Notes under the pieces: model-generated
The model's input: only the letters and a program-made list of their open reading frames with translations
The model's database searches: none
Told to the model about the DNA's origin: nothing
In this document: one piece after another, positions 1 through 9,561 of the stretch
Numbering within the stretch: the stretch's first letter is position 1
Layout of the letters: each line of letters begins with the position of its first letter
Assembly (NCBI GenBank): GCA_050943115.1
Contig: JBMNON010000005.1
Coordinates: forward strand, 369 to 64,368
Direction of reading: 5' to 3'
Length of the DNA stretch: 64,000 nt
From: Patescibacteria group bacterium
GTDB taxonomy: Bacteria; Patescibacteriota; Microgenomatia; UBA12405
Program-made: the position numbers and the translations under genes

Positions 1-17
1 CCGAAAAGAACGATACC

Positions 18-299
18 GTGAAAATGTATGCTTTAGCTGATTATTTATTCTGGAAGGTGGTCAGTTTCGTAGGGTTAATTAATAAACATCAATACAAAAC
101 TACTTTAACTAGGGTACAGGATTCATTGGAATTAGAACAAAATTTTCCATCTTTCCAGGTATGGGGACGAAAATTCGTTAAAGGAGAAACCTATTCGGTT
201 AATGAACTAAAAGACGCAGTGTCAAACTTATATGCAGAATTTATGGATTATTTTGAAGGTAATAATATTGTTATCCACGACGACGAATTACAGTATTAG
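18..299 (+). CDS. hypothetical protein, probably the 3' part of a gene starting before the window
   Basis: ORF at window edge, converges on the HAD gene; no motif recognised. Confidence 0.45.
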   Translation: MKMYALADYLFWKVVSFVGLINKHQYKTTLTRVQDSLELEQNFPSFQVWGRKFVKGETYSVNELKDAVSNLYAEFMDYFEGNNIVIHDDELQY

Positions 300-998
300 T
301 TTCTCTAATATTTTTTTTAAATCAGAAAAATTGTTGACCATCTGAAAAGATTCGGATTTTAATTGATTATTATCTGTTGAATTTGTCAACAATATAGGAA
401 TCATGCCTGACGACTTAGCCCCTTCTATGTCTTGATGAATATCGTTGCCAACATAGACAGACATAGTAGGACTAACATCCAATAATTCGCTAATATTTTG
501 GAATATTTTGGAATCTGGTTTTTCTACGCCAAACATATCTGAAGATACGAGTACGTCTAAATATTTAAGAATTTTTACTTTTTTTGCTCTTTCAAACCTT
601 TCTACAAACAAACCATTGGAAAGAATTCCGATTTTTACTGACTTTCTTTTTAGATATTTTATCAATGGAATAAAATCAGGTTTCAATTTTATATTGTGCA
701 GAATGTAGTTTTGAAGATCTCTGTACAACTGGTAAACTGCTTCAGCATTCAAAGGAATCTTTAATTCGTTAAATATTGACAACCATATTCTGATTCCAAC
801 TTGATTAAGCTCAATTAACCCATTCTTACGCATTTCAATAATTCTTTGAACCGCTCTATCGTTTGCGTCTAAAAATTCTGTGAAACTAGTATTTTGAAGA
901 TATTTTCTGTTCCTTTGGTAGGTATATTCCAGGCCATCTTTTATATGATCTTCAGTAATAATGGTGCCATCAAGATCAAATATGACTGCTTTGAGCAT
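288..998 (-). CDS. HAD-family hydrolase (subfamily IA)
   Basis: Motif I FDLDGT, LSNG, EKPD, VYVGNDIHQDIEGAKSSGM. Confidence 0.9.
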   Translation of the reverse strand: MLKAVIFDLDGTIITEDHIKDGLEYTYQRNRKYLQNTSFTEFLDANDRAVQRIIEMRKNGLIELNQVGIRIWLSIFNELKIPLNAEAVYQLYRDLQNYILHNIKLKPDFIPLIKYLKRKSVKIGILSNGLFVERFERAKKVKILKYLDVLVSSDMFGVEKPDSKIFQNISELLDVSPTMSVYVGNDIHQDIEGAKSSGMIPILLTNSTDNNQLKSESFQMVNNFSDLKKILEKLIL

Positions 999-1042
999 AA
1001 TCTGGTTATTGTTAGAAATAATATTGTAGTATAATACATTTC

Positions 1043-1681
1043 ATGTTTGGCATGAATTTTTCCATTAAAAATGATGATTTGAAGCTAAGTTTGAGGCCAG
1101 CCCAGCTGGATGACATACCTATCATTTCAGCTGGTTTATCAAACTTTAAGACTAATCTTTGGACAACTCTATTAGGAGCGCCAACTCAGGAAATTGAAAA
1201 AGAATGGTACGAAAAGATGTCAAAGTCAAACAAGGACTATACTTGGATAATTGCTTCACCTGATTCGAATGAACCTATTGGAGTCGTTAGTATAAATGAT
1301 GTTGACGTGATTGGTTCATGTACTCAGGGATTGGCATTATGGAACCAACAATGGTGGGGGAAAGGTGTAGCTAGCCTAATCAGCCTTGCAAGCATATGGT
1401 TTGCTTGTGATCAAATTAATAGAACAACAATAAGAGCTTATGTAAGAGAACCGAATACTGGAGCATTGAAAATAGCGACTAAAGTTGGTTTTACACAATG
1501 GGGTACGCAACCCGGAGTATTCTATAGAAATAGTTGTTATGTTAACACGTGTCACCTTTTGTTCATAAATCCACTTCATAAGAAAGAGGTTTTTCCAGAA
1601 GGAGTTCCGGAAAATTTCAAAAAAGGAATAAGTTTGGCAGAAAAATCTTTGGAATTGGCCAGAAAACAAGTCATTTATTAG
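1043..1681 (+). CDS. GNAT N-acetyltransferase, RimJ/RimL-like
   Basis: LSLRP at the N-terminus, WWGKGVAS acetyl-CoA loop, N-x-G-A...KVGF; TATAAT just upstream of start. Confidence 0.85.
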   Translation: MFGMNFSIKNDDLKLSLRPAQLDDIPIISAGLSNFKTNLWTTLLGAPTQEIEKEWYEKMSKSNKDYTWIIASPDSNEPIGVVSINDVDVIGSCTQGLALWNQQWWGKGVASLISLASIWFACDQINRTTIRAYVREPNTGALKIATKVGFTQWGTQPGVFYRNSCYVNTCHLLFINPLHKKEVFPEGVPENFKKGISLAEKSLELARKQVIY

Positions 1682-1683
1682 CC

Positions 1684-2928
1684 TTAAATTGTCTTGGGTA
1701 AAAAGATCTTATCTTTTCCCATAATTGGCCTTAACACTTCAGGAATAGTTACAGATCCATCTTGATTTTGATAGTTCTCCAATATTGCTAACGGAGTTCT
1801 AGATGTAGCAATAGCAGTCCCATTTAGCATATGAACATATTTTGTTGAACCGTCTTTAGATTTATATTTAATATTCAAATTTCTAGCCTGATAGTCTGTA
1901 CAGTTTGAAGTGGAAGTGACCTCACCGTATTCATTTCTACCAGGCATCCAGGCTTCAATATCGAACTTCCTGGTTGCCATTGCTCCTAAATCACCAGTAC
2001 ACATCTCTAGCACCCTATAAGGTAACCCCAGGTTTTGATAGATTATTTCCTCAAGACCAAGGATGTACTCATGGAACTTATTTGATTCTTCAGAAGTACA
2101 ATAAATAAACATTTCAACCTTAGTAAACTGATGAACCCTATATAAACCTTTTGAATATTTTCCGTAAGCTCCAGCTTCGCGCCTGAAGCAATGAGAGTAT
2201 CCAACATATTTGATAGGAAGGTCATTTTGAGACAAGATTTCATCAGCATGTTTACCAGCTAAAGTGACTTCTGCTGTAGCAATCAATCCCAAGTCTTCAT
2301 CTTCAATTTTATAAGTTTGAGCTTCTTTTCCTCGAGGTGAATATCCGGTTCCGAGATAATAGCGTGACTTTGCCAGGTCTGGAGTCATTACTGGAATAAA
2401 TCCTTCTTTTGCAAGCAAATTAAAGGCGTATTGCACTAAAGCTAGCTCTAGGAGCGCTCCATCACCGTATAGGTAGTAAAACTGAGATCCTGTTACTTTG
2501 GCACCTGTTTCAAAATCGAGTATACCGAGTTGTTTTCCAATATCTAAGTGATTTTTCGGTTCAAAATCGAATTTTCTTGGTTCTCCCCATTTCTTAATTT
2601 CTACATTCCCATCTTCACCTTTACCAACAGGAACACCTTTCATGGGGATGTTTGGGATTTCACTTAATAGCTCCATTAATGCGTCATCTTCTTGCTTAAG
2701 ATTCTGTTCAAGATCCTTTAATTCTATTTTTATCTCTTTTGCTCGATCTATCTGGTCGCGGTTAAGCTTATTTTTTTCTGCCTTTAGAGATTCAACTTTT
2801 GCCTGAAGTTCTCTTTTACTTGCATCTTTCAATAAGACGTCGTCTATAACCTTATCGTCATAGTTCTTATTTCTGACTCCTTCTTTAACAATATCAACAT
2901 TTTCTCTTATAAATTTAATATCAAGCAT
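1684..2928 (-). CDS. serS: seryl-tRNA synthetase
   Basis: MLDIKFIREN start (ATG at 2928), coiled-coil arm, LIATAE, FRREAG, LYRVHQFTKVE, EVTSTSNCTDYQAR, HMLNGTA. Confidence 0.98.
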   Translation of the reverse strand: MLDIKFIRENVDIVKEGVRNKNYDDKVIDDVLLKDASKRELQAKVESLKAEKNKLNRDQIDRAKEIKIELKDLEQNLKQEDDALMELLSEIPNIPMKGVPVGKGEDGNVEIKKWGEPRKFDFEPKNHLDIGKQLGILDFETGAKVTGSQFYYLYGDGALLELALVQYAFNLLAKEGFIPVMTPDLAKSRYYLGTGYSPRGKEAQTYKIEDEDLGLIATAEVTLAGKHADEILSQNDLPIKYVGYSHCFRREAGAYGKYSKGLYRVHQFTKVEMFIYCTSEESNKFHEYILGLEEIIYQNLGLPYRVLEMCTGDLGAMATRKFDIEAWMPGRNEYGEVTSTSNCTDYQARNLNIKYKSKDGSTKYVHMLNGTAIATSRTPLAILENYQNQDGSVTIPEVLRPIMGKDKIFLPKTI

Positions 2929-2954
2929 GAGTTTAATAAATACTAATCGACACA

Positions 2955-3090
2955 CACATGTTCAAGGGGTTGCGGCCGTGTCAGGAGGTGCCACCTCAAC
3001 CAATTCTTTATTTAGCTGCACGGGCTACCCGAGCTAGTTTTTGACCCTAGCCAGCTTGGTGATTGGAATTCACCTCAAACGCTTTGAGAA
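2955..3090 (-). promoter_or_regulatory. candidate structured leader of serS with a T-box-like GGTGGCACC
   Basis: Several short perfect stems, and TTGAGG-TGGCACC on the minus strand about 60 nt before the serS ATG; no canonical stem I or U-tract terminator seen. Confidence 0.3.
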
Positions 3091-3155
3091 TAATATACCA
3101 CGAGCTATTTCATTGGGCAATACAATAATCTTGTACAATTTGGTTAAATGTGACT

Positions 3156-3503
3156 TCAAGAGCCGTCAATCTGGGACCAGCGAATCAAGTCTGGTTGATG
3201 AGTATGTATCTGCAAGTGGCATACCTGAAATATAATAGTTTTAAATTTTCTTGACTTTGGGTTGAGCGCTTTCAAAATGTGGAATAATTCCATCTCTATT
3301 GAGGAGTGGACGTTGTTTGTTATTTCACTAGTTAAACCTTGGCGTGTTTCCAGCAAAGGATAGTCAACCGTTAAGTTCCTTGATTCTATTCCGTGAGTAG
3401 CCTCATTGTTAATATAAATTTCTTCATCACCATCAGGGTATATTTTACAAGCAATAGGTCTTACAGAATCACCACTCGATGATCCCTTCTTAAATATCCG
3501 TAT
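3156..3503 (-). pseudogene. possible gene remnant
   Basis: Stop-free frame of about 115 codons without a good start, in an otherwise gene-free 0.9 kb gap. Confidence 0.2.
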
Positions 3504-3833
3504 TTACCAAAATTGTAGAAATTGGTAATACTAAACTAATTTGTGACTGATTATAGCTTTTCTTATCTGACTAGATAATACCCAATCGAAATTTATTAAT
3601 CCGGTTTCACCAACTTTTATGTGCTAGAAATTCATAAGAGGATCACGAATTATCACAGGATTAAAAGATTGAAAACAGGGCTAATACTATAATGGTATTT
3701 GGGTTATCTGAGAAGAATAAATCAAAAATCAGTCGATTTTCCGGTGATAAATAAGGACACTAAATAAGGATATGGTAAATTTGGGGTTTTTGTTCCTAAA
3801 TAAATTGTTTGTTAAATAGACAGATATAGTAGC

Positions 3834-4493
3834 TTAACGGTGTGTTCTAGCCCATTGTTGAATAAATTCATCAAAATCGATTCTGAAATATTGTACAAAA
3901 AAGTTAGAAAAACCTTTTGGATAGTGATGCCTGCCTATGGCCTCGGGGAGTTGTTTTAAAAAATCGATTATTGTTTCTTTTCCAAATGAATCAATCAGAT
4001 ATTTAGTAAAACTGTAGCTTTGAGGATAGTTGGGGTTTTGGTTCCAGTTTTTGTGGTCGTGAAGCTTGGCGAAGGGAGTCAGGGTTTTAATTTTTCTCAA
4101 TTTATACTGTTTGGCAATATTGCCAGCAAGGCCTTCGTAGAGCCAGATGGGGTAATAAAAATTCAGTAATTGGTTGCTAAAAATATGGGCTAGTTCGTGG
4201 GTTAATGTGGGCAAAAAATCTGAAGCGGGATGACTGGAAACTTGATCAATAACAGAAGGGCTGAAGATGAATATTTGTTTATTTTTGGCATAACCAACCA
4301 GCCAATCCGGTGTTTTTTGGCCACAGGCTTTGTCCATCTGGGAATGGGTGTAGAGGAAGTTTATTTGAACACCAGAAACATCTTGACCAAAAAATTTTTG
4401 GTTTTTGAGGTAGGCTTTGGAGATTAATTTTTTAAGATGATCTTCCTGATCTATCTTGGTATCAAAATTGAAAGTGTAGTTTTTAGTGATCAC
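3834..4493 (-). CDS. zinc metallopeptidase-like protein (gluzincin / peptidase MA-like)
   Basis: HELAH followed by PIWLYEGLA, later Y-x-x-S motif. Confidence 0.8.
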   Translation of the reverse strand: MITKNYTFNFDTKIDQEDHLKKLISKAYLKNQKFFGQDVSGVQINFLYTHSQMDKACGQKTPDWLVGYAKNKQIFIFSPSVIDQVSSHPASDFLPTLTHELAHIFSNQLLNFYYPIWLYEGLAGNIAKQYKLRKIKTLTPFAKLHDHKNWNQNPNYPQSYSFTKYLIDSFGKETIIDFLKQLPEAIGRHHYPKGFSNFFVQYFRIDFDEFIQQWARTHR

Positions 4494-4547
4494 TTCACAA
4501 ATTATACTATTGGCTGAACTTTGATTTGGAAACCAGCCACTACTAAT

Positions 4548-5084
4548 CTACCAACTCCCTTCCCCAATAATGATGTCAGCATTATTCCACATCAACTTAT
4601 CTTTCTGATTTAATTTCAAAGGTAATAAATAAGTTAATCTTTGATCTTCCAAAACTCCTTTTCTTTCAGCAAATACTTTTCCAACTTCTTTTTTATACCA
4701 ACCGGATTTTGCGTAAAAATCATGTAGTTTGGGATGACAGAATAGTATCCCCACATCGTAATCTTGAGATTTAAGTACTTTGTTTAACTCATTCATGATT
4801 TGAATGCCCAATCCCGAATGCCTTAATTCGGGTTTTATAGCTACATCGCCAATTCCAGCAATTACATAAGGCTTGTCATTCTGAATAATTTTTCTTCTGG
4901 TAATCCCTACATGACCGACTAATTCTTTGCCTTGATGGAGCAAAACACATGAATCTAAATCGGGGTTTGAATAGACAGAATTTTTGTAATCTGGGTTTTC
5001 TGAGAAACATCCTATTAAAAAATTGACAATTTCATTTCTCTCAGAAGAATTAAGATCTTTAATGTTTTTAACAACTGTATTCAT
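4548..5084 (-). CDS. GNAT acetyltransferase (AAC(2')/Eis-like)
   Basis: LVGHVG, IGDVAIKPELRHSGLG, FYAKSGW. Confidence 0.85.
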   Translation of the reverse strand: MNTVVKNIKDLNSSERNEIVNFLIGCFSENPDYKNSVYSNPDLDSCVLLHQGKELVGHVGITRRKIIQNDKPYVIAGIGDVAIKPELRHSGLGIQIMNELNKVLKSQDYDVGILFCHPKLHDFYAKSGWYKKEVGKVFAERKGVLEDQRLTYLLPLKLNQKDKLMWNNADIIIGEGSW

Positions 5085-5743
5085 AAATCTTCTCCATTTT
5101 GCTCCTCAAACATCAACTCAGTGGCTTTGGTTAAATTCTTAAATCTTTTCTCGGCAATAACCCTGACCTCAGGAAAATAAAATTTAGAGAAATTGGCTTC
5201 ATATTTCTTTTTACCTTCTTCTCCGTTCCAGAATTCTTTTAATCCTTCAATATTTTTCTTATGATAATTGGCGTGGGTTATGGAGCACCATAAATGAAGA
5301 ATTCCATAATGATCTAACCTATCGGCGTCTTTAATTATCTTTGACTCAATTCGAGTTGGAGTTATCTTACTTTCTTGCTCGGATATTATTAAACAAATTA
5401 AGTCGATTAATTCTTTATCTTTAATATATTTTTCTAAATATTTTGGCGCAATTTTGGCACCAAGAGCGTCGTGACTAATTCCACCATAATTGCCATAGAC
5501 TAGTTGTCCGTTTTCATTAACAGCTTCGATCTTACCAATATCATGAAACAAAGCGGCGATTAACAAGGCTTCAATATTTATAGTTTCATCTTTGAACCTA
5601 GGAAATTTAGCTATTTTTTGACAATAATTCATAACACGAACACCATGATGGTAACGGAACCCATAGCCACCACCAAACTCCCAGACATTTTCGAAAAGAG
5701 CCTTATATTCTTGTTTTAATTGATCTAGAACTTCTTGATTCAT
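5081..5743 (-). CDS. HD-domain phosphohydrolase
   Basis: HGVRV...AALFHDIGK...H...IIKDADRLD. Confidence 0.9.
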   Translation of the reverse strand: MNQEVLDQLKQEYKALFENVWEFGGGYGFRYHHGVRVMNYCQKIAKFPRFKDETINIEALLIAALFHDIGKIEAVNENGQLVYGNYGGISHDALGAKIAPKYLEKYIKDKELIDLICLIISEQESKITPTRIESKIIKDADRLDHYGILHLWCSITHANYHKKNIEGLKEFWNGEEGKKKYEANFSKFYFPEVRVIAEKRFKNLTKATELMFEEQNGEDL

Positions 5744-5745
5744 TT

Positions 5746-6207
5746 TTATTTATCCATCTTGCCGACATATTCGCCCGAATTGGTGAATCCATTTTTGTAG
5801 TCCTCAAGAAGTTTTTGAGACATGGGTTTGGGGTAGAGGTTGTCAGGTAAGTTATTGATATCAAGCCAAGTTAACCAAACGTCGCCATCAGGATGTTGAG
5901 GATCTTTTAACCCTTCAAGTTCTTCAAATTTGTTAATGTCTCCAAGTATGAATAATTCCAGGCTTTGCTCAGGATCACCCGGCAAGATAAAGTCTCGGAT
6001 ATATAAAATCTTTTTAAATTCAAAATTGACATCTTCACCACATTCTTCTTTAGTTTCCCGAATACAAGTTTCTAAAATAGTTTCCCCAATATCTTGATGA
6101 CCACCAAAGTAATGATAATAGTTTTGTTTCTGGCGGTATTGGACTAGTAGTTTTCCGTTTTTGATGACAATTAACCTGGCCCTCACTGTAATTTGGTGAT
6201 TTTCCAT
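5746..6207 (-). CDS. NUDIX hydrolase
   Basis: Nudix box GGHQDIGETILETCIRETKEECG. Confidence 0.9.
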   Translation of the reverse strand: MENHQITVRARLIVIKNGKLLVQYRQKQNYYHYFGGHQDIGETILETCIRETKEECGEDVNFEFKKILYIRDFILPGDPEQSLELFILGDINKFEELEGLKDPQHPDGDVWLTWLDINNLPDNLYPKPMSQKLLEDYKNGFTNSGEYVGKMDK

Positions 6208-6223
6208 ATGCTAAGATCATATC

Positions 6224-6835
6224 ATGAAAATCTATTTTGTCCGTCATGGTTCTACCGATTCTTTGGAGAAAAAGATTAGTCAGCCTGATGATGAACCGCT
6301 TAACGAAAGAGGGGCAAGTCAAGCCAAAGAACTAGGTAAAAGATTCACTAACACCAAAATCGATTTGGTAATTTCTAGCCCACACTTAAGAGCTGTTCAA
6401 ACTGCTAAAGAAATTAGTAAAGATGTGCAAACTAACCCATTATTTGCTGAAGTTAAAAAACCCAGAGAAGTTGTCGGGCAATCAAAAGAAAGTGAAGAAA
6501 TTAAAGCGATCTTAAAAAAGATTGGAGAAATGTATTTGATCGATCCAAGTTGGCATTATAGTGATGAAGAAAACTTTGAAGATCTAAAGGCAAGAGGTTT
6601 AAAAGCATTAGAATATCTTCAAAATCTTAACCTCGAAAATGTAGTGGTAGTGTCGCATGGAAATTTTATGGCTTTATTGGCCGGATTAATGCTTTTTGGT
6701 GAAAATTATCCTGTCGAGATTTCCTTACGACTCAAAAATTTCATGAGACTGAGTGCTACTGGAGTATCAATTTTTACTTATGAGGATAATAAATGGAAGT
6801 TACAATGCTGGAATGATACTTCACATTGTCTCTAG
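6224..6835 (+). CDS. histidine phosphatase (phosphoglycerate mutase superfamily)
   Basis: FVRHG, SSPHLRAVQTA, VVSHG, WNDTSH. Confidence 0.92.
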   Translation: MKIYFVRHGSTDSLEKKISQPDDEPLNERGASQAKELGKRFTNTKIDLVISSPHLRAVQTAKEISKDVQTNPLFAEVKKPREVVGQSKESEEIKAILKKIGEMYLIDPSWHYSDEENFEDLKARGLKALEYLQNLNLENVVVVSHGNFMALLAGLMLFGENYPVEISLRLKNFMRLSATGVSIFTYEDNKWKLQCWNDTSHCL

Positions 6836-6838
6836 TAA

Positions 6839-7321
6839 TCATGCTTCTAAAATATTGTCGACATTTTTTAGCAAATAACTGTCCGATATAATCATAAAAG
6901 CGTTTTCTTCGGGAAATGGTTCTTCAATTTGATTTTTAAACTTCTTATACGTCTCAGGGGAGCAGGAGTTATTTCTTTTTGATATGCGATCTAAAGCCGT
7001 ATCATCATCGACTTTTAAATAGATTAATAATGTTGAATCACATTTAACTTCATTATAGATTTGTTGACGAAACTCATGCTTTAAATTGGTTCCATCGATT
7101 ATTACTGAATTCCCGTGTGACAGCAGCTCCGAGGCTTTTTGGCGAATGGATTTATAGACTTCCGCGTACTGTTTTCCTGATACTTTTTCGGTACCAAACA
7201 TTTGTGTAGTTATCTCTTCGCCTGATAGCAAAACAAAGCCGTATTTTTTATGAATGTATTCGGCAACATACGATTTTCCCGATCCAGGTAACCCCATTAA
7301 AACAATCAAAGCTTGATTCAT
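6839..7321 (-). CDS. P-loop kinase (AAA_33 / polynucleotide-kinase-like)
   Basis: Walker A GLPGSGKS, VIIDGTN, RxxxR lid. Confidence 0.85.
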   Translation of the reverse strand: MNQALIVLMGLPGSGKSYVAEYIHKKYGFVLLSGEEITTQMFGTEKVSGKQYAEVYKSIRQKASELLSHGNSVIIDGTNLKHEFRQQIYNEVKCDSTLLIYLKVDDDTALDRISKRNNSCSPETYKKFKNQIEEPFPEENAFMIISDSYLLKNVDNILEA

Positions 7322-7833
7322 TTATTGTTTTCAAATTCTAAAACTTTCGCAACTATGGCTTCTCCAATTTTTCCCCATTTTAAATAATTATTTAATTCTG
7401 TAATTGGTATAAATTTTCTCTCATACAGAATTCCAGTATCAGGATCAGTAGTCTGAGGAAGTATTTTTTCTATTTTACAAAAGTATCGTACTTGGTAAAA
7501 CAAGTCACCCTCTGATTGCTTTGGATTATCGGGAAAATCGACACGCTGGGTTCCAATTGCTTTTATATTGTTTACTTTAATGTCAACTTCTTCCATCAAC
7601 TCGCGTTCTAATGTTTCAATTGGAGTTTCATTATTTTCGGGGCGACCACCCGGCAACTTCCAAACTTCTTCTTTTGTTTCCCGGCAAATCAAAACTTCCT
7701 GATTACCGTTTAAACAAACACCAACTACGTTGCGGATAGGCTGGTATTTTTCAATTGCAACAGTAGAAATCCAAGTAAAAGTTACCTTTTGACCATTCCA
7801 AGAAATGATATTTGAGATATATTGGTTGTCCAT
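7318..7833 (-). CDS. NUDIX hydrolase
   Basis: WKLPGGRPENNETPIETLERELMEEVD. Confidence 0.9.
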   Translation of the reverse strand: MDNQYISNIISWNGQKVTFTWISTVAIEKYQPIRNVVGVCLNGNQEVLICRETKEEVWKLPGGRPENNETPIETLERELMEEVDIKVNNIKAIGTQRVDFPDNPKQSEGDLFYQVRYFCKIEKILPQTTDPDTGILYERKFIPITELNNYLKWGKIGEAIVAKVLEFENNK

Positions 7834-8411
7834 CAAAAATTACTTTTTAATAAATTTTCTGTTAACTCTCGGCTATATAATTGGTGGATGTTTTGGTTTT
7901 CCCAATCAATCACTTGTCGATATTGTTCTTGATTATATGTTGTCAGTCTTAAGTCTTTGGCAATTGTATCTACGACGGAGCTTTCTTTACCTTCAATTTC
8001 AAAAGTAAAATAATCGTCAGTGTATTTTGATAATTTTATTTCGACACCCTGATAATTAAATTCCCAGCTTTCCCAATAATAGATCATGCCTGAGTTGTAA
8101 CCCAGAGCTTCTAAGAAATCTAAAGCTGATAAAAATTGTCCGGCTTGGAGTTTGACTTCAACCTCTTTTCTTTCTTTTTCATGAAAGCTACCCATTTTTA
8201 TCGATAGTTTTTCTTTGTCATCACTTTTCTTTAATCTGATATCAGTACCACTGCTGTTTTTCCATGTTTTAGTAGCCGGATCAAATCCGGGAGACAAATC
8301 GATTGATAGACGGTGATAGTGGTCGGAAAGCTCTCCATTGCTGGTTAGTAGCTTAAATAGCTCGTCAAATTTCTCTTTAGAAAGTTTGCCTCTAATTTCA
8401 ATTTCCGTCAT
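7833..8411 (-). CDS. CYTH / class IV adenylyl-cyclase-like protein
   Basis: N-terminal EIEIR (ExExK-like), IRLK, EVEV, FEIEG; ATG at 8411. Confidence 0.8.
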   Translation of the reverse strand: MTEIEIRGKLSKEKFDELFKLLTSNGELSDHYHRLSIDLSPGFDPATKTWKNSSGTDIRLKKSDDKEKLSIKMGSFHEKERKEVEVKLQAGQFLSALDFLEALGYNSGMIYYWESWEFNYQGVEIKLSKYTDDYFTFEIEGKESSVVDTIAKDLRLTTYNQEQYRQVIDWENQNIHQLYSRELTENLLKSNF

Positions 8412-8487
8412 ATTTATAGGATAATTATATACTAGATTCGATAAATTAAGTTTGAGTAACAAAATAGTTCATTCTGTATCACCATTT

Positions 8488-8554
8488 TGAGACACCCTTT
8501 TTTATACTGTCTCATTTGTCTCATTTAGACACAAAGGGAGAGTAGAATAAGACA
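8488..8554. repeat. cluster of TGAGACA/TGTCTCA-type repeats
   Basis: TGAGACA 8488-8494, TGTCTCATTT twice at 8508-8526, TAGACA 8526-8531, TAAGACA 8548-8554. Confidence 0.65.
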
Positions 8555-8574
8555 GGGTGTTATAAGGATAGAAA

Positions 8575-8599
8575 GGTTCCAGATCCCCCTCCTCCGCCA
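8575..8599 (+). mobile_element. tRNA 3'-end fragment (att-like site, Ser-like)
   Basis: GGTTCCAGATCCCCCTCCTCCGCCA resembles T-loop + acceptor 3' strand + CCA; no 5' half of a tRNA upstream. Confidence 0.55.
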
Positions 8600-8668
8600 A
8601 TTGGAAATTTTCTAATCTGTAGTTTTTGTTTTATATTAAACTATGTTAGTGTTTTTTCAACACTTTTC

Positions 8669-9199
8669 ATGGAATTGATTATCCTGTTTGCAGTGGTTTT
8701 CGCATTATACAAAGTAATACCTAAAGATATTAACCAAAATGGTTATTATGTCAGACCAAAAAAGAAAGATTATGTACAGAATAGATCTTCAGTTGGTTAT
8801 ATGCCCTATTATTTGCGGCAAACGATAATGACATCACATGAAAGATTGCTTTTTGAAAATTTGAGAAAAGTATTGAGTGAGCGGTATGATATTTATCCTC
8901 AAATGAAATTAGATAAAATCTTTTCGGTAAGACCGCAGAGGGTATATAAATATTATCTGGGTTATCTGCGAAAAATAAATCAGAAATCGGTTGATTTTCT
9001 AGTGGTAAACAAGAATACTCAATCCCCTATTTTTGCAATTGAGCTGGATGACTGGAGCCACGAAAAACAAGAAAGGATAGAGCGGGATGTATTCGTTCAA
9101 GAATTATTTAATCGTAATAATTTCCCATTGGTTCGTTTTAATCCAGGAGGTTATAGCGAAGAAGAACTTAGGTTGGTGCTGGAGAAATATTTAAACTAA
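8669..9199 (+). CDS. DUF2726-family protein (restriction-endonuclease-like fold) with N-terminal TM
   Basis: MTSHE..F, KINQKSVDFLVV, AIELDDWSH, ERD. Confidence 0.85.
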   Translation: MELIILFAVVFALYKVIPKDINQNGYYVRPKKKDYVQNRSSVGYMPYYLRQTIMTSHERLLFENLRKVLSERYDIYPQMKLDKIFSVRPQRVYKYYLGYLRKINQKSVDFLVVNKNTQSPIFAIELDDWSHEKQERIERDVFVQELFNRNNFPLVRFNPGGYSEEELRLVLEKYLN

Positions 9200-9292
9200 A
9201 GTTCGGAGTTTGGGTTCCGTTTTTTAGTACCGCGGAACCATATTGAAGAAAGTGGTTGACTGATTGGAGATAAGTAATATATATTCAAAATT

Positions 9293-9559
9293 ATGAAAGT
9301 AATGAAATTTGGTGCTGTTTGGTGCTCCGGATGCTTAATAATGAAACCACGGTGGGAAAAAATTGAAAAAGAATGGTTGTGGTTAGAAACTGAATACTAT
9401 GACGTTGACGATAATCAAGAAATCGTGAAAAGATTTAATATTAACGAATACCCTTGTTTTATTTTTCTTGATAAGGAAGGCAAGGAAATTGAAAGACTTT
9501 ATGGTGAAGTGGCTGAAGAAAAGCTAAGAGCTGTAATTGTAAAAAATAAAAATAAATAA
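9293..9559 (+). CDS. thioredoxin-family protein
   Basis: FGAVWCSGC, cis-Pro region YPCFIF. Confidence 0.9.
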   Translation: MKVMKFGAVWCSGCLIMKPRWEKIEKEWLWLETEYYDVDDNQEIVKRFNINEYPCFIFLDKEGKEIERLYGEVAEEKLRAVIVKNKNK

Positions 9560-9561
9560 TT

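Noticed and set aside
2960-3235. TGA read-through (genetic code 25 or 4) joining short minus-strand frames
   Set aside because: The frame also contains TAG stops, TGA ends many clear genes (e.g. spoVS, rnpA) and conserved proteins are intact under code 11.
3834-8411. Integron cassette array explaining the string of small enzymes
   Set aside because: Genes overlap or are separated by only a few nt, orientation is mixed, and no attC-like RYYYAAC...GTTRRRY repeats were seen.
9213-9239. GGTTCCG...CGGAACC hairpin as an ncRNA
   Set aside because: A single 7-bp stem with a large loop; at most a weak terminator.
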